A DNA stretch of 63,971 nt, filler included, from Welwitschia mirabilis (lineage: Eukaryota): NCBI GenBank assembly GCA_051453625.1. It is 4 parts of one record of this genome, joined end to end, with 100 filler letters (N's around TTAATTAATTAA, not from the genome) between each part and the next. Parts side by side here need not be neighbours in the genome. Positions count along the whole stretch, not along the records: positions 59,958 to 63,971 come from JBOZIK010000001.1; 3 more parts are not named here. One strand, given 5' to 3'. Position 1 is the first letter of the stretch, and every line of letters starts with the position of its first letter. The notes under the pieces are model-generated. The model was not told where the DNA came from and made no database searches. It worked only from the letters and a program-made list of their open reading frames with translations. The position numbers and the translations under genes are program-made. This document shows positions 62,901 to 63,971 of the stretch, in pieces.

Positions 62901-63971
62901 TTGATATCTTTCCGTCAGGGGAAGCAGATGGAATTATCTACCTATATCTGGAGGAGACTCAGGGCTATGATTAAGGCACGACATCTGCAGATACTTAGTT
63001 ATCCATGCCTCCTCTCAGCTTTGTTCAGACGATTTGGAATACCAGAGCCCATAGATGAGTAACATATCTCATATATTTAGACTTCTGCTCGCTATTTATA
63101 GGATATGGACATACAGGTACTAAGAGAGGCAGAGAGACCTTAGGTACAGAGGCCTATGATTGGAGATTCATTAGAGCAGATCCAGACCCTTCTAGTTGAG
63201 ACTACCGAGACCATCAGAGGTTTCGTGAACACTGGTATCCAAGCACTTAGTCGGAGGATCCAGACCTTTGAGTAGACAATTGAGTAGAGGATCCTATCCA
63301 TCGAGAGGAGAGTATAGCACACAGATGATGAGATGGTGGATATGAGTCAGTACATTATCTCTATCTAGTAGAATGTGACTGTAAACATTCCAGAGTTAGT
63401 ACGTCTCCAAGGTGATGAGATAGTTAAGTCTATTGTAGCATCTCTTGATGTCTGTCTCCCTGCAGATCTTGAGCATCCTCCTTCTTCTCCCCCTGCTCTT
63501 GAGCTAGTTGACAAACCATAGTTCATCATGCGTAGACGAGAGGAGTGATTTTGCATTTTATTTCTCCTCTTCTATACTTATTTTTGTACTAAAAACTCTA
63601 TTTATTATATAGACATATCATTTCTTTTAGCATGGTGTACTATTTCTTCCTAATTTTTACATGATTATCTTTCAATTTCTATGATGAGGGTTTAATTATA
63701 CTTAGGCAAATCTTTTATATTTGACTATTTATCTCAATGGGGGGCTGTTTATCATGACTAATTGATTATTTAAGAAAATCAATTTTTGTCGCAGGTTCCA
63801 GTTTTGAAAAATATTTTTTGAGCCTATCATCCCCTTCATCGTCCAGACAATGACCCAAACGACCAAATTCTAATGCTTCACAGGTGTTTTGTTCAGTGTT
63901 TCTAATTTTTCAAAAATTCAGTTCTATCTCTAAAATATTCTGCAAATCTTTTTGAGATAATTTCTTCAAGT
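59958..63971 (+). mobile_element. 3' internal region of another Athila-like element
   Basis: 59960-60350 is homologous to 46260-46700; CGTCCAGATGA-type repeats; downstream ORF2. Confidence 0.7.
62280..63590 (+). pseudogene. Athila ORF2 / env-like (Transposase_32-like) protein remnant; partial diverged copy at 61556-62179
   Basis: MREF(S/Y)..YIRDHEIVI..LIPAYRVLHRGLIHNISP..LSYPCLLSALFRRFGIP followed by a coiled-coil-like tail; in-frame TAG stops. Confidence 0.65.

Overview
Very AT-rich plant nuclear scaffold (probably a gymnosperm, possibly a gnetophyte; inferred only) with many N-gaps and three synthetic 100-bp joins (44N-TTAATTAATTAA-44N). No intact host gene is visible; the window is a stack of decayed, nested mobile DNA. 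(1) 1-22 kb and 35.5-37.4 kb: a head-to-tail array of degenerate, intron-containing Helitron-like RepHel genes (DUF6570 / Helitron_like_N type, with HUH Rep motifs and a Pif1 helicase tail), most preceded by AT-rich subrepeats. (2) One copy carries a 2-kb insertion flanked by a 16-bp duplication in an intron. Another is split by a 5.6-kb mosaic of plastid DNA (ccsA, rpoC1, atpI, atpH pseudogenes). (3) Several Athila-like Ty3/Gypsy elements: a near full-length one at 39561-50265 with LTRs and a GTAAC TSD, a minus-strand gag-protease-only derivative, and the 3' part of a relative carrying an ORF2/env-like gene. (4) A CRM-like chromovirus, a foldback MITE and a 4x147-bp tandem repeat. All calls come from manual reading and motif recall, without database searches. 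Percent identities are estimated by eye, and boundaries not marked by a TSD or a codon are approximate.
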